Shown one piece after another: positions 21,819-35,425 of a stretch of DNA of 35,425 nt. The notes beneath the pieces are model-generated. The model was not told the origin of the DNA. It worked only from the letters and a program-made list of their open reading frames with translations, and ran no database searches. The DNA lies in the IMG/VR virus record IMGVR_UViG_3300042894_000460, positions 1-35,425 of that record; one strand, 5' to 3'. A program made the position numbers and the translations under genes. The stretch comes from a virus (Duplodnaviria > Caudoviricetes). Each line of letters opens with the position of its first letter. The stretch's first letter is position 1.

Positions 21819-22471
21819 GCTTTATCGTAGAAAACACAGCGCCGATTGGCGACTTCAAAGCAGTACCCGCAGGTCTTCACCTTGCTCGTTGCTACCGCAT
21901 CATTGACTTGGGAACCCAGCGTTCTGAGTACGAGGGTCAAGAGAAGCACCAGCGCAAGATCATGCTTGGTTGGGAGCTCCATGGCAAAGACGACGAAGGC
22001 GAAGAGCTGGTCACAGAGCGTGGCGACCCCCTAGCGATCTTCAAGAATTACACGCTGAGCTGGTCAGAAAAGGCTAACCTTCGGATCGACCTACAGAACT
22101 GGCGTAACAAGCCCTTCACAGAGGCGGAGATGCGTCGGTTTGACATCTCTACGATCCTTGGTGCGTGGTGCATGTTGACGGTCATACCGAGACCGGGGAA
22201 AAACGGCAAGATGTACTCCAACGTCAAGGGCGTCGCCCCCGTTCCTTCGGTCATCAAGTCCGCTGGTCTACCCCCAGCCATCAACCCTAACCAAGTGTTC
22301 CGTTTGGCTGAGCCTGACTACGAGCTGTACGACACCTTCGGTAAAGGGCTCAAGGCGATGATTGAGGCTTCCCCTGAGTGGCAGGCTCTCCAAGGCAAGA
22401 AACCCGCTCAAAACGCCGTTAAAGCCCCTTCTAGCGGCTTTGATGACATGGAAGACGATCTGCCCTTCTGA
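21815..22471 (+). CDS. Probable single-stranded DNA-binding protein
   Basis: PAGLHLARCYRIIDLGTQ...YTLSWSEKANLR...YSNV; acidic tail FDDMEDDLPF. Confidence 0.7.
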   Translation: MSFIVENTAPIGDFKAVPAGLHLARCYRIIDLGTQRSEYEGQEKHQRKIMLGWELHGKDDEGEELVTERGDPLAIFKNYTLSWSEKANLRIDLQNWRNKPFTEAEMRRFDISTILGAWCMLTVIPRPGKNGKMYSNVKGVAPVPSVIKSAGLPPAINPNQVFRLAEPDYELYDTFGKGLKAMIEASPEWQALQGKKPAQNAVKAPSSGFDDMEDDLPF

Positions 22472-22473
22472 TC

Positions 22474-22836
22474 ATGAAGACATTTGAAGACACTCATACC
22501 CGCGACCTCTTCAGCGAACCACTCGCTAGGAGGACAGATCCAGTGACTTCACACGAAGCCGCTCACAGGGCGAGCTTCAGCGCTTCGGCGCACCGAGTCA
22601 TGGCGATGGAGGCTCTGCTCAGGTACGGTGCAATGACCGACTTTGAGCTGGCTGACGTCACAGGACTACAGCAAAACAGCATTGGCAAGCGCAGAAAAGA
22701 CTGCCAAGACGCTGGGTTTATTGAGCGACTCAAGGACGAGGAGGGGCTTACCGTCAAACGTAAGACCCCTTCTGGTAGCAACGCAATTGTTTGGACATTA
22801 ACAAAAGAGGGATTGGCATGGCTGAGATTACAGTAA
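22474..22836 (+). CDS. Winged-helix protein (ARxTDPxTSHxAA type)
   Basis: ARRTDPVTSHEAA...MTDFELA...KRRKD...GFIE...SGSNAIVW. Confidence 0.75.
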   Translation: MKTFEDTHTRDLFSEPLARRTDPVTSHEAAHRASFSASAHRVMAMEALLRYGAMTDFELADVTGLQQNSIGKRRKDCQDAGFIERLKDEEGLTVKRKTPSGSNAIVWTLTKEGLAWLRLQ

Positions 22837-23582
22837 GAGCGAGCGAGAGCTCACATTGGTACACCCGAGAGGGGGCGCCGAAGTACACCGTGGAAGCCAA
22901 GAACGGTAACCCACGCAACACAACACTAGCGGATGCGCGCAAGCTGAACCTTGTACCGTCGGTGACGACGATCATCGGGTGCGCCGCGAAGCCCGGGCTC
23001 GAGGCGTGGAAGCTCAACCAAATGATGCTTGCCTCTATGACCCTCCCAAGGGCGCCTGACGAGCCTGAAGACCTCTACGTCCAGCGAGTGATCAAAGACT
23101 CTCGTGAACACGCCCGTGCCGCCGCTCAGAGGGGTACAGAGGTACACACCGCTTTGGAGAGCTGGTACGAGGGCGTGATGATCTCCCCCATGATCGAGTA
23201 CCAAATGGGCGTGGGTGAGGAGGTCAAGAAGATCTTTGGTGAGCCTACGTGGGTGTCTGAGAAGTCTTTCGCCTGCGAACTAGGGTTTGGTGGAAAGCTA
23301 GACCTGTGCACGTTTGACGGGGATGGGGTTGTGATCGACTTCAAGACGAAGGAGTTCACAGACCCAACCAAGGTCGACGCTTATGACGAGCATCTGATGC
23401 AACTAGCCGCCTATCGCTTGGGACTGAACCTCCCGCAAGCAAGGTGTGCGAATGTGTTTGTCTCGGTGAGCGAGCCGGGGCTCTGCGTCACCAAAGAATG
23501 GTCTGAAGAAGACCTCGAACGCGGGGAGGAGATGTTCTACCACCTCCTCAAGTACTGGCAAGCCAAAAACAAACACAAGTGA
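22818..23582 (+). CDS. PD-(D/E)XK-superfamily exonuclease
   Basis: PSVTTI, RGTEVH..LE, SEKSF, GGKLDL, VIDFKT, QLAAY; start moved to MAEITV. Confidence 0.85.
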   Translation: MAEITVRASESSHWYTREGAPKYTVEAKNGNPRNTTLADARKLNLVPSVTTIIGCAAKPGLEAWKLNQMMLASMTLPRAPDEPEDLYVQRVIKDSREHARAAAQRGTEVHTALESWYEGVMISPMIEYQMGVGEEVKKIFGEPTWVSEKSFACELGFGGKLDLCTFDGDGVVIDFKTKEFTDPTKVDAYDEHLMQLAAYRLGLNLPQARCANVFVSVSEPGLCVTKEWSEEDLERGEEMFYHLLKYWQAKNKHK

Positions 23583-23589
23583 GGACAAC

Positions 23590-23937
23590 ATGGAACACAT
23601 GCAGGAAGTAGCTTTTAAACGTGCAATCAACGCGCTCACAGCGCTCAAGTGTCAGTTTGCCATCATTACCCCAGAGGGCGAGAAGTATGGTGAGCTGGCT
23701 GTTGCAAAAGAAGTAGTGACCAGAAAACACAAACAAGGCGAGATGAAGTCTTACGTTGACCCCTACCTAAACTTGGTGCAGGTTGGCGAAGGGTTCACCG
23801 TCCCTTGTGGTGAGTACGACATGCTAACCACGGTGCGAAGCGTCAGTAACTGGTTCTACAAAAAACATGGTGCTGGTTCTTTTAACTACAAAAGCGACAA
23901 GTACACCAACGCTGTTCACGGCATTCGCATTAAATAA
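23590..23937 (+). CDS. Hypothetical protein
   Basis: GAGGA RBS, 115 aa. Confidence 0.7.
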   Translation: MEHMQEVAFKRAINALTALKCQFAIITPEGEKYGELAVAKEVVTRKHKQGEMKSYVDPYLNLVQVGEGFTVPCGEYDMLTTVRSVSNWFYKKHGAGSFNYKSDKYTNAVHGIRIK

Positions 23938-23945
23938 GGAAAAAC

Positions 23946-24113
23946 ATGGACGAACTATTACCGTTGCTTCTTGTGGGCTGGATGCTTGCATCTTGGATCA
24001 CGCACATTGTGGTCTGCATTCAAACAATGTCGTGGGGCTTTTTGATTGCTGGCGCTCTTGTATTCCCAGTTGCCAATCTTCACGGCACTGGCATTTGGTT
24101 TGGATGGTGGTAA
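23946..24113 (+). CDS. Small two-TM membrane protein (55 aa), not in the ORF track
   Basis: MDELLPLLLVGWMLASWITHIVVCIQTMSWGFLIAGALVFPVANLHGTGIWFGWW*; AAGGA RBS. Confidence 0.7.
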   Translation: MDELLPLLLVGWMLASWITHIVVCIQTMSWGFLIAGALVFPVANLHGTGIWFGWW

Positions 24114-24115
24114 AT

Positions 24116-24343
24116 ATGAACCCGTATTTGGATAAAAACGAAATTAAAGAAGCCTTTCGCAAGATCTACCTTGAGGAGACTCACGACTTCCTCGAGGAAG
24201 ACCTTGAGAAGCTCGCTGATGGTTTCATCATGGCGGCTATGCCTGCTATCGTGAAGACAGAGCGCGACATGTGCATCAAGTTTGTTAACTCGCTGAATAC
24301 CAACGTAGCTCGCGCTCTTGGTGAGTACCGCGAGAACCTATGA
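24116..24343 (+). CDS. Hypothetical protein
   Basis: Start moved to MNPYLDK at 24116. Confidence 0.65.
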   Translation: MNPYLDKNEIKEAFRKIYLEETHDFLEEDLEKLADGFIMAAMPAIVKTERDMCIKFVNSLNTNVARALGEYRENL

Positions 24344-24576
24344 CACCCAAGGACTTCGTCACCGAGCTCTTTGGTGAGGGGTGGAAGCCTGCACAGCTCC
24401 ACTCCTTCCTAGACGCTATCAAGGGGTGGTCTGAGGACTCTCAAAGGTACTACGCTGTACGAGACTTTGCTAAAAAGTTAGAATGGCGAATCAACCCACG
24501 AGATCGCGGGGAATGCCACGAGTTTGACGACCTTGTGGACTCCAAGCGTTTTGAACATGATCTTGATGAAAATTGA
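24340..24576 (+). CDS. Hypothetical protein
   Basis: ATGA-coupled, 78 aa. Confidence 0.6.
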   Translation: MTPKDFVTELFGEGWKPAQLHSFLDAIKGWSEDSQRYYAVRDFAKKLEWRINPRDRGECHEFDDLVDSKRFEHDLDEN

Positions 24577-24781
24577 CGGAAATGGCGAGTTAGAAGCAGA
24601 TTGGGACGCAATAGAGCGCCTTACAAAGTGCTTCGACAAAGGCTGTAAGTCTGAACAAGCTTACAAAGCCAAGCTGTTCTCGTTAGTTCTCGAGCATGGG
24701 TATGACGTTGCCATGGATGACGTAGAGCAGGATCGCAAGCAAGTCCTGTTCATGCTCTGTACGCCTGCTGGCAACGCATAA
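24557..24781 (+). CDS. Hypothetical protein
   Basis: Likely start 24557 or 24566; last gene before the terminator. Confidence 0.55.
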   Translation: MILMKIDGNGELEADWDAIERLTKCFDKGCKSEQAYKAKLFSLVLEHGYDVAMDDVEQDRKQVLFMLCTPAGNA

Positions 24782-24806
24782 AAAAAGCCCCCGTATTAGG
24801 GGGGCT
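24780..24806 (-). terminator. Rho-independent terminator at the convergence point
   Basis: Minus strand AGCCCCC-CTAATAC-GGGGGCT followed by a T-run. Confidence 0.8.
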
Positions 24807-24846
24807 AAACAAGTGGCAACTGCTTAAAAGACACTTGTGAGGAGAA

Positions 24847-26145
24847 TCAATTACCAATAATCGTTGAAGGCGGAACTGTGCCTAATGGTGGAAGTCTTGG
24901 TTGAAATGGTGCTTGACTTTTAGGCTTAGGATACCTGAAAGCTGGGTTCTGTGCCGCCTGCATTTCTTGAGGGGAGGCGGGAACTTGCGGTGGTTGGTTC
25001 ATGGAGCGCATCTTGTCGAGCACCGCTAGAGCCGCAGGAGAGACCGTAGAAGCCGTTAAACCGAGTGCTCTGGTGGCTGGGTGAGGAACCATCGATGCAA
25101 GCCCTCCTAGAGCGCCTACGCCAGCAACGGTAGCGCCAGCCATGTCACCCTTTTGGTAACGGTTAAAAGCATCTTGACCTTGGTAGCCTGCGGAGGCTCC
25201 GCCAAGGGTGGCTGGAACCACTGGAATCTTACCCATGACATTCCCTACGGTCTGAGCGCCTTGACGAATGTTCTGAAGCATAGGCGTTGGGGGAGGCGTG
25301 GGGACTTGCCTGTTGATGGACAGCGCGGCGGTAGTCCCCGGCACCGTGGGCAAGTTCCGAGGGCCAGCCCCCATGGAGGTCTTCTTTGGATCACCAGCAA
25401 ACATCTGCTCACCCAATGGCTGAGGCGCGTATTTCTTATAACGCTCGATGGCTTCTCTAGTGGATCCTTCACCCAAACCATAGCCTGTCTTGGCGGCGTA
25501 CTTGCCGCCCGGGGTCGTGGCGTTCGTCGTCACACCACCTTGCCCACCACCACCACCACCAAACATTGTCTGAACCGCACCAGCACCAAACCCACTAAGT
25601 CCACCAATCATGGCGGCTTTCTGCTTGCGCAGGTCTTCCTCTGACGCAGGGGTTACGGTGGTTCCAGCGCCTGCATTAGTGTCTTCTGTTGTCTCTTCTT
25701 TAGGGGTTGTTGTAAACCCACCAAGATCCTTGATGTCTCTGACGTAATTGACGGTGCTCTCAGGCAAAGGTGTCTTTGGGTCTGAGAAATACGGGTGGTC
25801 AGGCCCCGCGTTGTACCCAGCCACAGCCAGCACTGGATCATTAAACTTGATCAAGTTTTGGTTCAAATACTGCAAACCAGCATCAATGTTTTTAGATGGG
25901 TTTTGCAGATCCTTTACCGAGTACTTCATTAGCTTGCCAGTAGAGGGTTTGACTTGCCACAAGCCAATCTCACCACTGTCACCAACAGCGTTAGGGTCAA
26001 ACTTGCTCTCACGATAGACCAACGCTAAACCAAGGCGCGGATCCATGCCTTTTGCCTTAGACTTTTCAATAATCTCGTCTGCAAATTTTTTTTGCGTCTC
26101 GTCAAGAGTGTCAAGAAACGCCATTGGTTTTTGTGGTTCAGCCAT
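24847..26145 (-). CDS. Virion/ejection protein with N-terminal SLT lytic transglycosylase domain
   Basis: YRESKFDPNAV..GEIGLWQV...NIDAGLQYL...AVAGYNAGP; Gly/Ala-rich C-terminal half. Confidence 0.85.
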   Translation of the reverse strand: MAEPQKPMAFLDTLDETQKKFADEIIEKSKAKGMDPRLGLALVYRESKFDPNAVGDSGEIGLWQVKPSTGKLMKYSVKDLQNPSKNIDAGLQYLNQNLIKFNDPVLAVAGYNAGPDHPYFSDPKTPLPESTVNYVRDIKDLGGFTTTPKEETTEDTNAGAGTTVTPASEEDLRKQKAAMIGGLSGFGAGAVQTMFGGGGGGQGGVTTNATTPGGKYAAKTGYGLGEGSTREAIERYKKYAPQPLGEQMFAGDPKKTSMGAGPRNLPTVPGTTAALSINRQVPTPPPTPMLQNIRQGAQTVGNVMGKIPVVPATLGGASAGYQGQDAFNRYQKGDMAGATVAGVGALGGLASMVPHPATRALGLTASTVSPAALAVLDKMRSMNQPPQVPASPQEMQAAQNPAFRYPKPKSQAPFQPRLPPLGTVPPSTIIGN

Positions 26146-26147
26146 GA

Positions 26148-27680
26148 TTACATCCCTATCTTTTTGCGCAGATCATTACCAGCCGCTGGGTTAACATTTC
26201 CGCCCACACTTGGAGCTTTGACCTCACCAATTCGCTCTAGGCGGTTGCGGTAGTCAAGGAATATGCGATCAAAGTCATTTGAATTAACGTAGTCCTCGTA
26301 CTGCAAACCAGTGCGGTAGAGTTCTTTGCCAAGCAATTGCTCAAAGTTAGCCTTCTCACGCATGAACTGGAGCTTCTTGGTGTAGGCGTCTTTGGGATCT
26401 TTGAAGTTAGGGCCCATCGAGTTCACCATCTGCTGTTCAAAGTTTGACACAGACGTTCCAGAACCCAAACCTTTACGCTGAGCAAACTGCCACATCGCTT
26501 CAACTTGACCTAGCTCTGTCAAAGCGCTGATTACTTTAGGATCAGTAGCAAAGTTTGTAACGATCTTACGAATAGCAGGAGCATTGACGGCGTAAGGGCC
26601 AATCCTCACGGCGTCATCAAGGAAAGCTCCAAGTTGAGCCAAAAAGTCAGGTCTCTCAAATACACCCAAAGCCTCATCAATTCCTTGGGTCTTTAAAAGC
26701 TTGCCAGCTCTGTCGTACAAAGGAAGCAAGGTCATAGCGGCTTTGGCGGCGTCCTTGACTTCAGTTGTTTGCTGGACGCGAGTCTTAGCTGTTGTTTCAG
26801 CCTCAATCCTCTTAGCGGCGGCGGCGGACTCTGAGTCAGAAGTTGTTGGGCGTCCGCCAGTAATAGGAGTACCAGCAGGCAAAGGAACAGCGCCAGCAAC
26901 AGGTTTACCAGATACGTCAATCTTGCCTTGACGCCACATGTCCATCCACTCTTTGCCCTTGCCCTGAGACATGGCTTGACCAAGTTGGGCGTACTCGTTG
27001 GCGGTCATGTTGAATGAGCCAAATGGCGTATCAAACTTCGACTGCGTCTGCCCCGGGATCGGGATGTTCAAGTACTGACCCGTTCCTGAGTCAAAAACAA
27101 TACCGTTCTGAGAGATCTTAAAACGCTCTCTATCCGCCTTAACAGCTTCTGCTAAAGCACTACCTATGTCTTTGTTTGCAACGGTAATTTTAAAAATATC
27201 TTCACTAGAAATTGCTCGCATTCCCTGAGCGGAAGGAGCGCCAACAGGGGCAACAGGAGCACCACCAGCAGGCGCGCCACCAGCGGGTGCGCCATCAGTA
27301 GGAGCGCCAGCAGGCTTAGGAAACAGGTTCCCAACCATACCCATAGCTCTTTCCTTGTTGCCCTGCTCTAACCCCATCTGAGCTAGTTGCATACGCATCT
27401 GGGCGTTTTCCATCAAGTTCTTTTGCTGACCTTGAGCGGCTTGATTAGCTAAGCCTGCGGCAGTACTCAATGACTCACCAAAGGCACCAGTTTTTGTGGG
27501 TGCGGCAAAGCCTTGAGACAGCGCCAACAGCACTGGGTCAAACAATTGATTCTCACGAGCGGCAAGAGCCGCCCTTAAATCTGCTTGAGACTTTTTAAAG
27601 TCGGCTTTGTATTCCTCGTCTTCTGGTGAAGTACCAGAAAGATCGACAGGCTTTTTAAGTAAGCTTGTTGGAAGTGCCAT
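26148..27680 (-). CDS. Probable internal virion (ejection) protein
   Basis: Helical; LLALSQGFAAPTKTGAFGESL; GSGTSVSNFE; lies between ejection-type genes; GAGGA RBS before MALPT. Confidence 0.65.
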   Translation of the reverse strand: MALPTSLLKKPVDLSGTSPEDEEYKADFKKSQADLRAALAARENQLFDPVLLALSQGFAAPTKTGAFGESLSTAAGLANQAAQGQQKNLMENAQMRMQLAQMGLEQGNKERAMGMVGNLFPKPAGAPTDGAPAGGAPAGGAPVAPVGAPSAQGMRAISSEDIFKITVANKDIGSALAEAVKADRERFKISQNGIVFDSGTGQYLNIPIPGQTQSKFDTPFGSFNMTANEYAQLGQAMSQGKGKEWMDMWRQGKIDVSGKPVAGAVPLPAGTPITGGRPTTSDSESAAAAKRIEAETTAKTRVQQTTEVKDAAKAAMTLLPLYDRAGKLLKTQGIDEALGVFERPDFLAQLGAFLDDAVRIGPYAVNAPAIRKIVTNFATDPKVISALTELGQVEAMWQFAQRKGLGSGTSVSNFEQQMVNSMGPNFKDPKDAYTKKLQFMREKANFEQLLGKELYRTGLQYEDYVNSNDFDRIFLDYRNRLERIGEVKAPSVGGNVNPAAGNDLRKKIGM

Positions 27681-27689
27681 GTTCAATCC

Positions 27690-28760
27690 TCAATCGGGGT
27701 TATTGGCGTAATATTCTTGGAGCCATGCAGGAAGCTCCTCGGTGTAGTCAACAGTACCAGTGTCGCCAATATCAAACGGGCTATTTCCTGTTGCTTTGAA
27801 ATAATCGTTAATTGCTTTATCTGCATCTGAAGTACTACCAAAAGTACCCAAGCCTTTAAGCAACTTGTTACCCCAACCAGAACTGGAATTGAAGCCACTG
27901 CCCAAAAGGGTGCCCAAGCTGGCAATCTGTGACAGGGGGGAGGGCTGGAACGCGTCCCCGGGGCCTTTGTACACTTGCTCCTGCGTCGTTGGCACTGTGT
28001 ACCCTCTCATCAACTGAGCGACGTTTGTAGCTTGTGTGAGCGGTGCGTTGATCTGAGCTTGCGTGTAAGCCTGCTCTAAAGCACCAAGGTCAGCCCCAGT
28101 CTTCAGTCCAGTCGTTGCGGCTTGCTGTTCAGCTTGACCTACTCCTGTCAAGGCGGAAGCGGCTTGGTTAGACAACTGCGCCTCTTTCATAGCCGCATCA
28201 AGCGCTGTGTTGTAACCAGCCATGCGTGTCTTGTTCTGCTCTTGCAGGAGACCAGTGTTCACGTCGCCCATGGTCTGACCCATGGCGTTGGCATAGCGTG
28301 AGCTACCCAAAGCACCAGAACCAACAAAGCCAGCCTTGAGCTGAGGCATGAGGTTACGCTGTACGTTTGTCGCGCTCTGAGTACCCAAACCACCAACAAC
28401 GGCATTCTCGTAGGGGTTGTAGAACTTGGAGATGTCAGCTTGACTAACATCCATGCCAGATTTACCAGCAGTCAAAGCTTGCTCAAGGGGATCTTGATAG
28501 CGCGTCAGTTGCGTTGGAGCACCACTGAATATGTCCTTCTGCTCTTGAGTCAACTCAGCAACGTAAGGAGATCCAGCCGCCACCATAGATGCCTGAGTTG
28601 GCGCGGTAAACTGCTTAGTCACTGGGTCAAACGTACCCATGGCATTCTGACCAGTTTGAGACAGCTTGGTCAGGTAGTCCGTGTAGTAGTCAGGCGTAGT
28701 AGACGCAGTCGTTTGCGTCTTGGTTACGTCTGGTGGTGCGGCTCCAGTAAATAGTCCCAT
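27690..28760 (-). CDS. Probable DNA-transfer/pilot ejection protein
   Basis: FYNPYENAVV...GALGSSRYA...GYNTAL...PSPLSQIASLG; AAGGAG RBS. Confidence 0.65.
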   Translation of the reverse strand: MGLFTGAAPPDVTKTQTTASTTPDYYTDYLTKLSQTGQNAMGTFDPVTKQFTAPTQASMVAAGSPYVAELTQEQKDIFSGAPTQLTRYQDPLEQALTAGKSGMDVSQADISKFYNPYENAVVGGLGTQSATNVQRNLMPQLKAGFVGSGALGSSRYANAMGQTMGDVNTGLLQEQNKTRMAGYNTALDAAMKEAQLSNQAASALTGVGQAEQQAATTGLKTGADLGALEQAYTQAQINAPLTQATNVAQLMRGYTVPTTQEQVYKGPGDAFQPSPLSQIASLGTLLGSGFNSSSGWGNKLLKGLGTFGSTSDADKAINDYFKATGNSPFDIGDTGTVDYTEELPAWLQEYYANNPD

Positions 28761-28770
28761 GGTGTGCTCC

Positions 28771-33145
<4,375 letters not shown>

Positions 33146-33146
<1 letters not shown>

Positions 33147-35389
33147 TAGTAAGGTCTCACGTCACCGAAGTCAGCGTCTAAGATAATCTTACCAACTTGG
33201 TAATTACCACCAGTCACGTTAGACACAAACTTTAACCTTAACTCACGACGCTGTTCACGCATGTCAACCTTGCCTGTCGTGGGCGTGAATGTGTATGCAG
33301 AAGACGTAACGTCTTGAGATTGAGCAAAGGGTCGTCCAGTCACGTATAGCTCCATGTCACCGCTTTGAATAAAGTCAGGTTCAACACGCTCTAAACGTAA
33401 CCATTTATTCCCGCCGACAGGGGATGGCTGGGACGGGCCTCCACTCACCAACCCTAAATCATTGGTCTCAAAATAGGACTCAATTGCCACAGCCAAAGCA
33501 CCACTGACTTTATCAGTCCCAATCTCGTTTTGATACAAAGACACAAAGTTCATCAAGGTGCTGACAGTTAAAACAAACCCAGCACCACCTGCAATTGATG
33601 CAGATAGCGTGTTTCCAACAACATAATTGACACCGTGACCATTGATCACGGCAGAAGTAATGACACCACCAGCTACGGTGATGTTAGCTGTAGCACCTGT
33701 TCCCGCACCACCTGTGAGCGCTTGATTGGTATAGGTTCCGTTGGTATAACCAGCGCCAGCGTTTGTAATAGTGGCAGTCAAAATACCACCTGAAGCGTTG
33801 ATATTCCAATCAGCGGAAATTGGAAATGGAAAGACTTGAGAGAAGTAACCAGCAGAACGCTGAGCACCCAATGCTTGACCTGCGTCGTACCAAGTATTCT
33901 CACGCACGTTGTAGACAATTGCATCTGTGCACTCTGTAGCTGTACCGCGGGGGTAAAACCACCAGATCTCGCCAAAACGAGGAACCTTTGAAACCCAAAC
34001 CTTCTCGCGCTGGGCGTAGTTCAGGTTATCAAAGAAGTAGTTCTGGTTCATGGCGTTAGGGATCTCTTTCACAACACCGTTGTAAAGCAAAAATCGATCA
34101 ACACCACACCAATAATATATACCGTCGTACTCAATTACAGACTGACCAGACAGAATAGACGATTGAGAAGAGATCAAGTCATAGCGCCAGTATTGAGGAG
34201 GAGTACCAGCACCACCAATGTAGGACACACGGATCAGTGAATCAAGGCTCCAAAACAGCCCAGAAGGCGCGTTTGAACCACCGCGTACTGGTAACCCTTG
34301 GACAATCTTTCCAGTCGCTACAGAGACCTCATTTGCGTCAGCAGAGACCCAATCTTGGACGTTACCCGCCCCAGAGTTCCTGATTAGCCCGTCATTTCCA
34401 TAAACAAACACGTAGGGGTGAAGGGTAACCACACCACCAGAGACAGATACGTTGTTGTCAAAGGTAATGGTAGAAGCACCAGAAGCTGTCGCGGCGTTGG
34501 AGATCACCACGTCTTGGATCTGACCCATGGTGAAGACCAAACCAGTCGTTGTTCCTGCGGTAGTTGTGATTGCCGCACCACCAGAAGAGGCTGACAACGT
34601 AAAGGTCGTCGCATAGTTGGTGGCAATAATGAAGTACGTCACGCCAGAAGTAATACCAGTAGCAGTGCCAGTGCTGGTTCCTGATACGGCAACTGTTTGC
34701 CCAACATAAAGACCAGTTGTAGATGTGCATGAACACTGACCAGCAATACCAGTTACAGCTACGGCGTTCAACACAGGAACCCGTAGGTTTGCAGAAACAA
34801 CAGTTGTATTAGCAGGAATACCAGTTCCTGTGATTGTTTGACCAGCGCCAATTAAAAGGCTCTGTGTCGACAGGTACATGGTCGTGGTGGCGTTTAAAAA
34901 TACGGAGCTTGTGAACACACCAAGAGCCGCTAACGATGTGCCAGTGATGTCGCCACCCAAAACAGGGGTGTTGACGTTATTGTCAATGAGCGAAAGGTTA
35001 CGACCGGGGTGCGCTAGGAGCAAATTATTTCCAGACCCACTCACGTCATAGAACGTGTCAAACTGCCATAAGTTGTCTGCGTTTGCTGTGAAGTTCGACA
35101 GCGTCATGTCCGTGATACCAGAACCTGTTCCAGTACTGCTGATCGGTAGCAACTGCAAGCCACCAGAGTACCCACTAAACACGTTGTTAAAGTTCTGCTG
35201 TGGGTTGAGGTACATCCCGCGGGAAGGGCCAGCCAAGTCGTTCACAATCTCACGATACCCACCCATCTTACGTGGACGACCACGTTGAAAGCGAACCCAA
35301 CGACCGTCGTTGTAGAACTCTTTGTCAAAGACGGTTCCATCGCGCTGGATCCCCGGCTTCGTGTCGAGGGCAAACACCTTTTGCGTCAT
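33146..35389 (-). CDS. Probable tail tubular/nozzle (DNA-stabilisation, P22 gp10-like) protein with inserted beta-rich domains
   Basis: PGIQRDGT...WVRFQRGRPRKMGG N-terminus; YYWCGVDRFLLYNG..EIP; FGEIWWFYP; YNVRENTWY; Thr/Gly-rich inserts. Confidence 0.7.
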
Positions 35390-35425
35390 GTGAACGTACC
35401 CCCAGCAATACCTGTGGTGAACGTG
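35386..35425 (-). CDS. C-terminus of an upstream structural gene (partial)
   Basis: ...TFTTGIAGGTFT*, ATGA-coupled to the 35389 start. Confidence 0.55.
   Translation of the reverse strand, partial: TFTTGIAGGTFT

Noticed and set aside
22818-23582. Cas4 or a restriction endonuclease partner for the MTase
   Set aside because: No four-Cys Fe-S pattern, sits in an SSB/recombination operon far from the MTase, and no cas genes are present
27683-27925. 80-aa alternative-frame ORF at the end of the pilot gene
   Set aside because: No RBS or recognisable motif; nested in a well-supported gene

Overview
The window is part of a tailed dsDNA phage genome (podovirus-like; a proteobacterial host is my inference only). 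I saw no tRNA, rRNA, CRISPR array or integrase. Minus strand, read right to left: a structural/ejection block (35425-24847, including a 1370-aa Thr/Gly-repeat protein and an SLT transglycosylase protein). Next is a leftward operon: Cro-like HTH, DUF1376 replication initiator, RusA, HNH, many small early genes, two glycosyltransferases, TerS, TerL, two large multidomain polyvalent-type proteins and the N-terminal part of the portal. A plus-strand recombination block (SSB-like, wHTH, PD-(D/E)XK nuclease) occupies 21118-24781. The standout is a coupled three-gene cassette at 13793-16294. It encodes a C5-cytosine MTase-fold enzyme with both cofactor-pocket residues altered (PCQ->PCA, GNAV->GRAV), a glutaminase-less asparagine-synthetase-type amide ligase and a CmoA-like carboxy-SAM synthase. 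Together these predict DNA 5-carboxymethylcytosine formation followed by amide hypermodification. A second protein is overprinted in another frame of the MTase gene. Other notable signals: a recurring x-[AKS]-x-G-G-x-[VI] motif at the domain boundaries of the large proteins, four copies of a promoter plus leader-hairpin element, a candidate pseudoknotted RNA upstream of the replication initiator, and apparent avoidance of CCWGG and GCWGC. All family calls come from motif recognition by eye; no database search was run.
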